A program made the translations under genes and the position numbers. This document shows positions 7,245-16,152 of a DNA stretch of 24,810 nt, one piece after another. Every line of letters starts with the position of its first letter. Positions within the stretch are counted from its first letter, which is position 1. The notes beneath the pieces are model-generated. The model saw nothing but the letters and a program-made list of their open reading frames with translations, searched no databases and was not told the DNA's origin. This DNA is from a virus (taxonomy: Duplodnaviria; Caudoviricetes): IMG/VR virus record IMGVR_UViG_3300035670_001185, positions 1 through 24,810 of that record; one strand, written 5' to 3'.

Positions 7245-9504
7245 GGGAGAGGGGAGCCTATTGGCTTCTCCCCCTGTGTATGAAGACAGTGTAGATAATA
7301 ATTCTTCTGCTCTAAGCCTGTATGACACAGTGAAGGGAGAGTTTGAAGATAATGAACAATCCTCCAATCCCTTCTTCTCTTCTCTAGTGGCTAACATTAC
7401 AGGTAAGTTTGAGAAGGCAAAGCAGGATAGGGAGCTACATGAGGATAGGTGGTTAAAGGCTTTCCAGAATTATAGAGGAGTGTATGGGAAGAATATACGT
7501 TTCAGGGAGAGTGAGAAGAGCAGAGTGTTTATTAAAATTACTAAGACTAAAGTGTTGGCTGCTTATGGGCAGCTAGTGGAGATTGTGTTTGGTGGTAGTA
7601 GTTTTCCTATTGGTATTAGAGAGACAAAGGTGCCAGAGGGTGTAGCAGAATATGCTCATCTTTCAGAGAAAGGGGCTAGTGGGCAGACAGCAGACATTGA
7701 GGGAGGACGTTCTTTTGCTGAAGAAGGGGAAGAGATGTTTGCTATGGGAGGAGAAGAAGAGGAGAGTGGGCCTTCCACCCCCTCTGTGTATGACATGATT
7801 GGGTGGGAAGGAGATGGAAAAGTGTTGCCTCCAGGCACCACCCACCTATCTCTGGAGATGGGAGCCCTACAGAAAGAGATGGAGAAGATGAAAGAGCAGG
7901 GAGGAGGGCAGAGTGGGGCTGAATTAGTGGCAGGGATTAGTCTAAATCCACAAGTTCCTACGCTTTCTCCAGCAAAAGATGCTGCTAGGAAGATGGAAAA
8001 GCTTATTCACGACCAGATTGATGAGAGTAATGGTAGTGTTGAGCTACGTTCTGCCCTGTTTGAAGCCTGTTTACTAGGCTCTGGTGTGATTAAAGGCCCC
8101 TTTAATTACAACAAAACCCTTCACAAGTGGGAAATTGGGGAAGGAGGAGGCAGAGAATATGTACCATCCACTACCAGAGTGCCTAGAATTGAGTGGGTTA
8201 GTTTGTGGGACTTCTATCCAGACCCAGAAGCACGCTCTACAGAGGAGTGTGAATGGGTGGTACAGAGGCATAAGCTTAATAAGAGCGAGATGAGAGCCCT
8301 AAAATCACGCCCATTCTTTCAGACAGACCATATTTCAATGGCTATTGCTGATGGTCCTAACTACATTAACGAAGATTTTGAGCTTTCCATCAAGGCAGAT
8401 GATGCAAACAACACCCTAGTTAATGACAGATGGGAGGTGTTGGAGTATTGGGGCATGATGGATAAGGATAGTTTGCTGGGAAGTGGTATAGAAGCGGATG
8501 GAATGGATGATATGGAGGAGATTCAGGTGAATGTATGGGTGTGTAATGGCCATGTATTACGTGCTATAGCCAATCCATTCATCCCAGCACGTATTCCCTA
8601 CCTCATTTTCCCCTATGAACGCAACCCATACAGCATTTTTGGCATTGGTGTGGCTGAAAACATGGAGGATGGGCAAGCTGTTCTCAATGGACATGCCCGT
8701 ATGGCCATAGACAACCTAGCTCTGTCAGGCAATTTGGTGTTTGATGTAGATGAGAATGCCCTAGCCCCCGGTGAGAGCATGGAAATCTACCCCGGGAAGG
8801 TGTTTAAGCGTGTTACAGGGGTTCCGGGACAGGCTATTTACGGGATTAAGTTCCCTACCACCACAGTAGAACACATGCAGATGTTTGATAAGTTTAGACA
8901 GCTGGTGGATGAGTCTACTGGGATGCCTTCATACAGCCATGGGCAGACAGGGGTTAGTGGAATGACCCGTACAGCAAGCGGAATGTCCATGTTAATGGGG
9001 GCAGCAAGCCAGAATATCAAAACTGTCGTCACCAACCTAGATGATTTTCTACTAAAGCCTCTTGGAGAAGCCTTCTTTCAGTGGAATATGGCCTTCTATG
9101 AGGGGGAATTGGGGATACATGGGGATTTGGAGGTTAAGGCTAATGGTGTTCATAGCCTAATGCAGAAGGAAGTGAGGAGCCAGAGGTTAATGGCTCTAAT
9201 GCAGATTACACAAAACCCTGCCCTTGTGCCATTCATCAAGATGCCCACCCTGATTAAGGAAGTGGCTTATAGCATGGACATTGATCCTGATGAATTAGTG
9301 AATGATGCCGATATGGCGCAAGTAATGGCCATGCTTTCTGGACAAATGCAGCAACAGCAAGCAGCCCCTCCGGGAATGCCTCCTCCTGGAGCCAATCCAG
9401 CTGACCCAACAGGGGCAGGAGGAGGGAATGTAGGGACAGGACAGGCTCCTATGCCGGGAGAGCAGGGATTTAGTGCTGCTCCCCCACAAGGAATGCCACA
9501 ATGA
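7225..9504 (+). CDS. Portal protein (podovirus/P22-like)
   Basis: Follows TerL, GGAGG SD, 759 aa; motifs VSLWDFYPDP, PYSIFGIGVAE, RTASGMSMLM; P/G/Q-rich tail. Confidence 0.9.
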   Translation: MKYSDIEGEGSLLASPPVYEDSVDNNSSALSLYDTVKGEFEDNEQSSNPFFSSLVANITGKFEKAKQDRELHEDRWLKAFQNYRGVYGKNIRFRESEKSRVFIKITKTKVLAAYGQLVEIVFGGSSFPIGIRETKVPEGVAEYAHLSEKGASGQTADIEGGRSFAEEGEEMFAMGGEEEESGPSTPSVYDMIGWEGDGKVLPPGTTHLSLEMGALQKEMEKMKEQGGGQSGAELVAGISLNPQVPTLSPAKDAARKMEKLIHDQIDESNGSVELRSALFEACLLGSGVIKGPFNYNKTLHKWEIGEGGGREYVPSTTRVPRIEWVSLWDFYPDPEARSTEECEWVVQRHKLNKSEMRALKSRPFFQTDHISMAIADGPNYINEDFELSIKADDANNTLVNDRWEVLEYWGMMDKDSLLGSGIEADGMDDMEEIQVNVWVCNGHVLRAIANPFIPARIPYLIFPYERNPYSIFGIGVAENMEDGQAVLNGHARMAIDNLALSGNLVFDVDENALAPGESMEIYPGKVFKRVTGVPGQAIYGIKFPTTTVEHMQMFDKFRQLVDESTGMPSYSHGQTGVSGMTRTASGMSMLMGAASQNIKTVVTNLDDFLLKPLGEAFFQWNMAFYEGELGIHGDLEVKANGVHSLMQKEVRSQRLMALMQITQNPALVPFIKMPTLIKEVAYSMDIDPDELVNDADMAQVMAMLSGQMQQQQAAPPGMPPPGANPADPTGAGGGNVGTGQAPMPGEQGFSAAPPQGMPQ

Positions 9505-9692
9505 AGGCTCTCTTCACCCACCCTCAATGGCAAGAGTTTGAAGAATGGCTAGACAAGGAGGAATCTTCTTCTATGGCTATATTCCTCCACCTAGATAGGG
9601 ATGGGGATATGCACAGAATACAGGGAACACTAAAACTTATTGGTAAGATAAGGGCTCTGAAAGAGAAGACACTAAAGGAGAAAAACCAATGA
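9501..9692 (+). CDS. Small portal-adjacent protein (63 aa)
   Basis: ATGA overlaps at both ends; W..F...RIQG pattern typical of small genes after podovirus portals. Confidence 0.75.
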   Translation: MKALFTHPQWQEFEEWLDKEESSSMAIFLHLDRDGDMHRIQGTLKLIGKIRALKEKTLKEKNQ

Positions 9693-11623
9693 GCAAGGTT
9701 TTGGGTAGTGGACACAAGGCAGCAACAATAGGTGTGTTGGATGCTACTGCCGCTATACAGCCATTCAAGTGGGACAGAAAAGCAGCAGAGACAGCCAGCA
9801 AGAAACTAGAAAAAATTGGGAATAAATACGACTATGTTTTGAAGGAGCAACACGAAGCAGAGAAAAAAGCCTTGGCAGCAGCAAGGGCAGCACAAACAGC
9901 TAATGAAAGACAGGTTTGGTTAAATCAAACACAGATGTTGAAGAATATGGTGAATGGTGTTGGTGTTAGTGCTCCTCCATTTGAACCTGTTGCTGGTAGT
10001 GGTAGGGTGAGTGGAGAAGAGACATATGTTGGCAATGCTGCTAAATGGAAAGTAGCTGAAAGTGAAAGCAGTGAGGAGATGAACAAGGCTGTTGAGAAGG
10101 CTAGATATAACACACTCAAAGCAGCTTGTTCTGCTGGAGATGAAGATGCTTGCAAACAACTTGGTGGGGCTTTTTCCTTTGCACAAGGGGGATATGTAGA
10201 TATGTCACGACTAACCAACCCAGGGTATAACGCCCCACAGCGCCGTTCCCAAGCCCCCGCTCCTTCAGCAGGAATGGGGAATAAGTTTGGGGCTGCTGCT
10301 CCTCAAACTCCAGCACATACACAGAGAAAGCCTACACCTAAAATATATCAGCCACCACAACGACAAAATGCCCCGGTTGCAGGGTATGCGGAAGGAGGGG
10401 AAGTGGAGCAGCCTGCTTCTGAGAAATCTTTACTAGACAGAATAAATGCTCTTGAGGCTAGGCTACAGAATCAAAATCCTTGGGCAAAGTTTGAAGAAGG
10501 TATGCCAGCAGACGTAACAGGCTATACACTATCTAGTGGAGACAGAGTTTATTTTGATCCTTCTGGTAATGTAGTTAATACCTTCTACTCCCCCACTGCT
10601 CCTAGAAAGTCACAAGGCTGGACTGGAGATGACGCCAGAGACATCGATTTTCAGGAGTCTCTACGGCAGGCAGCAGAGATTGGTGAGTTCAAGAGGATGC
10701 ACACTAACAAAGGGAAAGAAATGTTTGGTATTGGGAATGTAAGAATGAATGATGCTATTCGTAAGATGTTTGATACAACATATGGTAGGGGATGGAAAGA
10801 ACCTGAAGAGAAGAAGTATGCTGAAGGTGGGGAGGTAGAGCAGGAATCTAAATCACAAACTCTAGAAGATAGAATAAATTATTTGGAATCCCTACTATCT
10901 AATTTTGGTGGTGATGATAGTGGGTCAATGGGAACTAATAACATGTATCAAGTGATGAAGCAGAGAGCAGAGAATAGCAATAGATATGTTCCTTCATTCG
11001 ATGAGTGGTATAACACCAGAGCCACCCACCCTTCTGTTGGGGGGTCATGGCAGCATTACGCAGAAGGAGGGCCTGTGGCTCCTGCCTCTCCTTCTCTTCC
11101 TCCTCTCCCAGCCCCTACAGGAGGCTCTGGGATGCCCCCTATGGGGGGACAAGGGGGAGGGGAGATGGAGCCTCCTATGCCTCTCCCAGGGGCTTCTGGG
11201 GGCATGCCTGAAGGTATGGGAAGCCTCCTCACTCAAGGAACAGAAGAAGGAGCCGATATGGGCGGAATGGAACCCCCATCTGGTATGCAGATGATTATGG
11301 AGAATGTGGGAGGAGAGTTGGCTGAAGAAGAAGTGGGACAACTTGAGGAAGCCTTCTCTACCTACCCTGTATTAGATAAGGTGATGGGGATGTTGCCATT
11401 GGATTGGGAAGGAAGTGTTGCAGGCCCCGGAGGCCCTACCTCTGATGACATTCCTGCTCGCCTTTCTGATGGAGAGTTTGTATTTACAGCAAAGGCTGTA
11501 GAGCAAATTGGTGTAGATAAGTTACAGAAGATGATGGCGGATGCTGAAGCTAAGGCTGATGGTATGCCTCCTAATGATGGAATGAATTTCAAATGTGGGG
11601 GCTTAGTTAAGCGTCGGCATTAA
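9689..11623 (+). CDS. Head-associated protein with five [YF]xxGGxV motifs and a tape-measure-C-terminus-like domain
   Basis: GGAG SD. Motifs FAQGGYV, YAEGGEV (twice), YAEGGPV, FKCGGLV; GPGGPTSDDIPARLSDGEFVFTAKAV near the C-terminus. Confidence 0.8.
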   Translation: MSKVLGSGHKAATIGVLDATAAIQPFKWDRKAAETASKKLEKIGNKYDYVLKEQHEAEKKALAAARAAQTANERQVWLNQTQMLKNMVNGVGVSAPPFEPVAGSGRVSGEETYVGNAAKWKVAESESSEEMNKAVEKARYNTLKAACSAGDEDACKQLGGAFSFAQGGYVDMSRLTNPGYNAPQRRSQAPAPSAGMGNKFGAAAPQTPAHTQRKPTPKIYQPPQRQNAPVAGYAEGGEVEQPASEKSLLDRINALEARLQNQNPWAKFEEGMPADVTGYTLSSGDRVYFDPSGNVVNTFYSPTAPRKSQGWTGDDARDIDFQESLRQAAEIGEFKRMHTNKGKEMFGIGNVRMNDAIRKMFDTTYGRGWKEPEEKKYAEGGEVEQESKSQTLEDRINYLESLLSNFGGDDSGSMGTNNMYQVMKQRAENSNRYVPSFDEWYNTRATHPSVGGSWQHYAEGGPVAPASPSLPPLPAPTGGSGMPPMGGQGGGEMEPPMPLPGASGGMPEGMGSLLTQGTEEGADMGGMEPPSGMQMIMENVGGELAEEEVGQLEEAFSTYPVLDKVMGMLPLDWEGSVAGPGGPTSDDIPARLSDGEFVFTAKAVEQIGVDKLQKMMADAEAKADGMPPNDGMNFKCGGLVKRRH

Positions 11624-11632
11624 CAACAAGAG

Positions 11633-11698
11633 GAGGGACACCCTAACTATTAGGCCCCTCTATTTTTCAACAGTAGGCTACCTTGTATAAGCCCCTAC
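11633..11698 (+). promoter_or_regulatory. Two tandem hairpins with a shared internal loop in the scaffold leader
   Basis: GAGGG-ACAC-CCTAA-CTA-TTAGG-C-CCCTC and GTAGG-CTAC-CTT-GTAT-AAG-CC-CCTAC; the second abuts the GGAG SD. Confidence 0.55.
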
Positions 11699-11711
11699 GG
11701 AGAAGTACACA

Positions 11712-12605
11712 ATGACTGATGGTGTAGTGAGTAGTGATGTAATTGCCAATCCCTATCAACGCAATCGTATTCGTAAAGAGGAAGCAGAACTAGCAGAGTT
11801 GGAGAGAGGGTATATGAGTGCTGACAGTGGGATATATGACCCCACTCCTAAGCAAGAAACAAAGGAAGAAAAGCCCGTAGAAGAAACCAACACTATCCTA
11901 GCCACTCCTGCTGAAGAAGAGCTAGAAGAGAAAGAAGACGTTAAATACAAGAAGGTTGATTGGAAGAAGCGTTACAGTGATTTGAAGAGACATTACGACA
12001 AGAAGGTGGTGGAGCATAAGCAACAGATGGCAAATATGTCTAATAACAATTCCATTCATGTGCCTAAGTCTATGGAAGAGCTAGAGGCGTTTAAGGCACA
12101 GCATGGAGAGTTGTATAACGTAATTGCCAGTGTTGCTCATCAATCAGCAGAAGAGAAAAAGGCAGAGATTGAAGCCAACCTATCTGCTATGCAGAGACAG
12201 CTAGCAGAGGCTAGACAGGAAAAGGCTATTATTGAGCTGAATACAAAGATTCCTGATTGGCAATCCATCACACAGTCGGAGGACTTTCAGGCGTGGGCTA
12301 CGGAACAGCCAGAGGAAATCCAGAGATGGGTGTTCAACAATCCTGATAATGCCTCTCTCGCTATCAAGGCTATCAAGCTATATAAGGCTGATAGAAACAT
12401 CGCCACTAACACAACACCATCTACGAAGGATCGTAATGCAGAGGCAGCAGCCTCTATCAACGTGAAGGCAAAAGCTTCTGCTCCGAGAGGACAGAAGAGA
12501 GTTTGGACAACAAGTGAAATTGCAGCCCTTAGCCTCCCTGAATATGACAAACTATCTAAAGAGATAGACAAGGCATATCAAGAAGGGAGAGTGGTTAAGG
12601 GCTAA
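11712..12605 (+). CDS. Capsid scaffolding protein
   Basis: Immediately before the major capsid gene, acidic coiled-coil, WKKRYSDL motif, C-terminal helix EYDKLSKEIDKAYQEGRV. Confidence 0.85.
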   Translation: MTDGVVSSDVIANPYQRNRIRKEEAELAELERGYMSADSGIYDPTPKQETKEEKPVEETNTILATPAEEELEEKEDVKYKKVDWKKRYSDLKRHYDKKVVEHKQQMANMSNNNSIHVPKSMEELEAFKAQHGELYNVIASVAHQSAEEKKAEIEANLSAMQRQLAEARQEKAIIELNTKIPDWQSITQSEDFQAWATEQPEEIQRWVFNNPDNASLAIKAIKLYKADRNIATNTTPSTKDRNAEAAASINVKAKASAPRGQKRVWTTSEIAALSLPEYDKLSKEIDKAYQEGRVVKG

Positions 12606-12637
12606 TAATTTATTATTAGCTACTGAGGAGAATAGAG

Positions 12638-13642
12638 ATGGCACATTTTGCAGGTGCTTCCAGCACTAACTTCGGTGGGAACAACCCACAGTCACCACAG
12701 GCAAATTCTTTCTGGGTTCCTGAAATCTTCTCAAAGAAGGTACAGCTAGCTTATCGTAAGTCTGCTGTCTGTGAGGCAATCACTAACACTGACTACACGG
12801 GTGAGATTAGCCAGTTTGGTGACACTGTTAACATCATCAAAGAGCCAGATATTAGTGTAACAGCATACACTAGAGGGCTAGCACTAAGCAGCACTGCCCT
12901 CACTGACCATGAGCTAGTGCTTACCATTGACCAAGCAAACTACTTCCAGTTTCAGATTGATGACCTAGAAGAGAAGTTTAGCCATGTTAATTGGCAGGCC
13001 ATTGCTTCTGATCGTGCTGGTTATAAGCTAAAGGATGCTGTTGATGTAGACATCCTAAGCTACATCTACACCACTCTTAGTGCTGACACAACCTATGGTA
13101 TTGCTTCAGCTGTCTCTGACACACACTTCTATGGTGGTACTGGTGGAGCTTCTAATCCAGACCCCATTGATGTAGGCCATGATTCTGGTGAAGTTGATCC
13201 TCTAAACGTACTAGCTCGCCTAGCTCGTTACCTAGATGCAGCCAACATCCCTGAAGATATGCGTTGGGTGGTGGCTGGTCCAGAGTTTTATGAGCAGCTT
13301 ATCCTAACCAACTCCAAGCTAATCTCTGTAGATTATAATGGAGGTAGTGGTGATCTACGGAATGGGCTAGTGGCTTCTGGTAAGCTCCGTGGCTTCCAGA
13401 TGTATAAGAGTAACAACCTACCTGAACCAGCAGAAGCCTCTACCACTACCTTCACTACTGGTAAGCTATCTCTAGTTCTTGCTGGCCATATGAGCGCCGT
13501 TGCTTCTGCTACAGCCCTCACTAAGGTGGAAACTGTCCGCTCAACCACAACCTTCGCTGACATTGTTCGTGGGCTACATGTCTGGGGCCGTAAGGTGTTA
13601 CGTCCTGAGTCACTAGCTGCTTCAATTATGTACATCGACTAA
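12638..13642 (+). CDS. Major capsid protein (HK97 fold)
   Basis: GAGGAG SD, 334 aa; WVPEIFSKK, NTDYTGEISQFGDTVNI, DIVRGLHVWGRKVLRPE; followed by a terminator. Confidence 0.93.
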   Translation: MAHFAGASSTNFGGNNPQSPQANSFWVPEIFSKKVQLAYRKSAVCEAITNTDYTGEISQFGDTVNIIKEPDISVTAYTRGLALSSTALTDHELVLTIDQANYFQFQIDDLEEKFSHVNWQAIASDRAGYKLKDAVDVDILSYIYTTLSADTTYGIASAVSDTHFYGGTGGASNPDPIDVGHDSGEVDPLNVLARLARYLDAANIPEDMRWVVAGPEFYEQLILTNSKLISVDYNGGSGDLRNGLVASGKLRGFQMYKSNNLPEPAEASTTTFTTGKLSLVLAGHMSAVASATALTKVETVRSTTTFADIVRGLHVWGRKVLRPESLAASIMYID

Positions 13643-13694
13643 CCAACCTAGGGGCAAGGATGCCCCACAATTCCCCATTTGTATTTCTAGTAAC

Positions 13695-13719
13695 AAAGCC
13701 CACAAGGGGCTTTTTGTTT
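13695..13719 (+). terminator. Rho-independent terminator after the major capsid gene
   Basis: AAAGCCC-ACAAG-GGGCTTT followed by TTGTTT. Confidence 0.75.
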
Positions 13720-13732
13720 AAGGGGAAGATGT

Positions 13733-14500
13733 ATGGCAACAACATTCCGTACTGCTGTTAATGAAGTGTTGAGTGAATTGAATGAAGTGAAGCTGACAGC
13801 AGTTAATTTTGCTAATGCTACAAACATTCAAAATGCTGTAAAGCAATTCGTTAACAGAGCCTATTTTGATATTAACGCTCCTGTATATAAATGGCCTTGG
13901 CTCTCTGCCTCCACCTCCACTACAGCCTTATATGGCAATACATACATCTCTACCTCTGCGGGACAGAGATGGTATTTGCTTAATGCCTCCTCCACTAATG
14001 TTAATGATGACTATGGCAGTGTGGATTGGGACAGAATGTTTCTCACAACGAATGGTGTTGTAGGTGCTTCCACCCCATATACTAATGCTAATCTCTGCTA
14101 TGTTCCCATTGAGAAGTGGAAAGATTTTCATATTGAGGGAGAGGCTGATGATGCGTTTAGCTCCTCTCCTCAATACGGTGTTCCTAAGTATGTTCTACGC
14201 AATCCAGATAATAGAAGACTCGGGTTGTCCCCAATCCCCGATAAAGAATATAGAGTGTATTTCTATGCCTTCACAAGGCCAGTGGCGCTAGTTAATGAGG
14301 GAGATGAGTTTGTTCTGCCAGATCAATACATCACTGTTCTTATTAGTAGAGCAAGATATTATGCTTGGCAGAGAAAGGAAAACCCACAGCAGGCTGCTTT
14401 AGCCCTTGAAGATTGGAAGCAAGGGATTAGGGCAATGAGGCAGCAAGAGATGCAGGCTGCTCCTGATTATATTACAGATGATAGAATCAGGTTTGTATAA
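13733..14500 (+). CDS. Tail adaptor (tail tubular protein A-like)
   Basis: Follows the major capsid gene; AVNEVL..LNE, WPW, LSPIPDKEY motifs; 255 aa. Confidence 0.8.
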   Translation: MATTFRTAVNEVLSELNEVKLTAVNFANATNIQNAVKQFVNRAYFDINAPVYKWPWLSASTSTTALYGNTYISTSAGQRWYLLNASSTNVNDDYGSVDWDRMFLTTNGVVGASTPYTNANLCYVPIEKWKDFHIEGEADDAFSSSPQYGVPKYVLRNPDNRRLGLSPIPDKEYRVYFYAFTRPVALVNEGDEFVLPDQYITVLISRARYYAWQRKENPQQAALALEDWKQGIRAMRQQEMQAAPDYITDDRIRFV

Positions 14501-14511
14501 GGGGAAATGAC

Positions 14512-16137
14512 ATGGGACAAGAAGCAGCTCTTCCTATTGTATGTGCAGGGGGATTGGATAGGAGTAAAAATCCCCATCAAATGTATGCTTTCCCTGGGGC
14601 AGCCATAGAGCTTCGTAACTTTGAGCCCTCTATACAGGGGGGTTATAGAAGAATCAATGGGTATGTTCCGTTTGGACAAACTTCTGTTACAGAACCATCA
14701 GTATATGGGAGAGGTGTATACGGGAGTAGTTTGTATTCATGGGTGCCCCCAGCAGCAACAGAAGTGTTGGGAGTGTATGGGTATGCCACAGGACTGATTA
14801 GAGTACAGGGAACAGGGATATATTTCGCTACAGATGGATATAATTGGAGCCTTCTTAATGCCACAGCAAGGAATAATTCTAAGAGATATGTAACAGTTAA
14901 GTATGAGGGAGACAGTAGTAATTACATTTATGGAAGCCTATATATGGCTGATGGCACCAATCCTATAGCCAAGGTTACAATTTCCGATCCTTCCTCTCCC
15001 AGTGGCTCATACTCTACATTAGGAAGTAGTACAGGTGCTCCACAGGATGCCTACCTATTAGAGATACATAAGGATAGGTTGTTTGCTGTAGGAACGGCAG
15101 AGCCTAATGTATTGAAGTGGAGTGGTAGATTTTTCCCAGGAGACTTCACCCTTTCTTCAGCAGGACTAATAGAACTCACTGATAATATTGTTGGGATGAA
15201 AAGTTTTAGAGAGAGACTATTCATCTTCTGTAAGAACAGCATCCATGTCCTAGAGAATATAGACAATCCAGCACAACTCTCTGTCTTACCAATAACAAAA
15301 AACCTAGGGTGTTTGTGTGGCTTCACTATTCAGGAAGTTGGGGGGGACATAGTGTTTTTGTCTCACGATGGAATAAGGATGTTAGGAGCAACAGAGAGAA
15401 TAGGGGATGTAGCCATCTCTGCTATTAGTGGAAACATACAACACCTAATGCCTGCCATTCTTTCTGCTGTACAAAGCAATTGCCTTAACAGTTTAGTTAT
15501 TAGAAATAAAAACCAATATCGCCTTTTCTATCCTAGAAGTGGACAACCCAGAGAAAGACAGAATGGGATTATTGGTGTGCTAAAGCAAACAGAGGCAGGG
15601 ATGGGATGGGAATGGGCAGAGACACGTGGTATAGAGAGTACTGCGTGTTGCTCATACATTGATGAGAATAGGAATGAGAGAGTGGTTTTTGGTGATTTTA
15701 GTGGGTATGTGTGGGAGATGGAGGTGGGGCCTACATTCAATGGAACACCAATAGAGGCTGTCTTCCGCACACCATATATGAATTTCCAAGATAGTAGTAT
15801 GTTCAAAACCATCCACTACCTACGAGTGCCCCTTCATGTAGAAGGGGCTATTCCAGAAGATAGTGTGTTTGTCGCTACTAGATATGACTTTGAAGATAGG
15901 GATGTACATCAACCAGGGGATGTTTCCTTTGGTGGGTATAACACAGAAGCAACCTATGGAGCTGCTACATATGGAAGCAATAAATATGGGGCCTACAACC
16001 TAGTTCCAGAGAGAGTGTTACAGGAAGGCAGTGGACATACAGTGAGTTGGAAATTCTACACAAACGCAAACATTAGAACAGCACCATTCACAATCAATGG
16101 CTTCACCATCGTCTTTACTGTAGGCAAACGCCTATAA
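14512..16137 (+). CDS. Tail nozzle / head-closure beta-propeller protein (tail tubular protein B-like)
   Basis: GGL...NFEP..GGYRRINGY N-terminus, beta-rich, follows the adaptor. Confidence 0.8.
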   Translation: MGQEAALPIVCAGGLDRSKNPHQMYAFPGAAIELRNFEPSIQGGYRRINGYVPFGQTSVTEPSVYGRGVYGSSLYSWVPPAATEVLGVYGYATGLIRVQGTGIYFATDGYNWSLLNATARNNSKRYVTVKYEGDSSNYIYGSLYMADGTNPIAKVTISDPSSPSGSYSTLGSSTGAPQDAYLLEIHKDRLFAVGTAEPNVLKWSGRFFPGDFTLSSAGLIELTDNIVGMKSFRERLFIFCKNSIHVLENIDNPAQLSVLPITKNLGCLCGFTIQEVGGDIVFLSHDGIRMLGATERIGDVAISAISGNIQHLMPAILSAVQSNCLNSLVIRNKNQYRLFYPRSGQPRERQNGIIGVLKQTEAGMGWEWAETRGIESTACCSYIDENRNERVVFGDFSGYVWEMEVGPTFNGTPIEAVFRTPYMNFQDSSMFKTIHYLRVPLHVEGAIPEDSVFVATRYDFEDRDVHQPGDVSFGGYNTEATYGAATYGSNKYGAYNLVPERVLQEGSGHTVSWKFYTNANIRTAPFTINGFTIVFTVGKRL

Positions 16138-16152
16138 TCAGGAGAATAGAAT

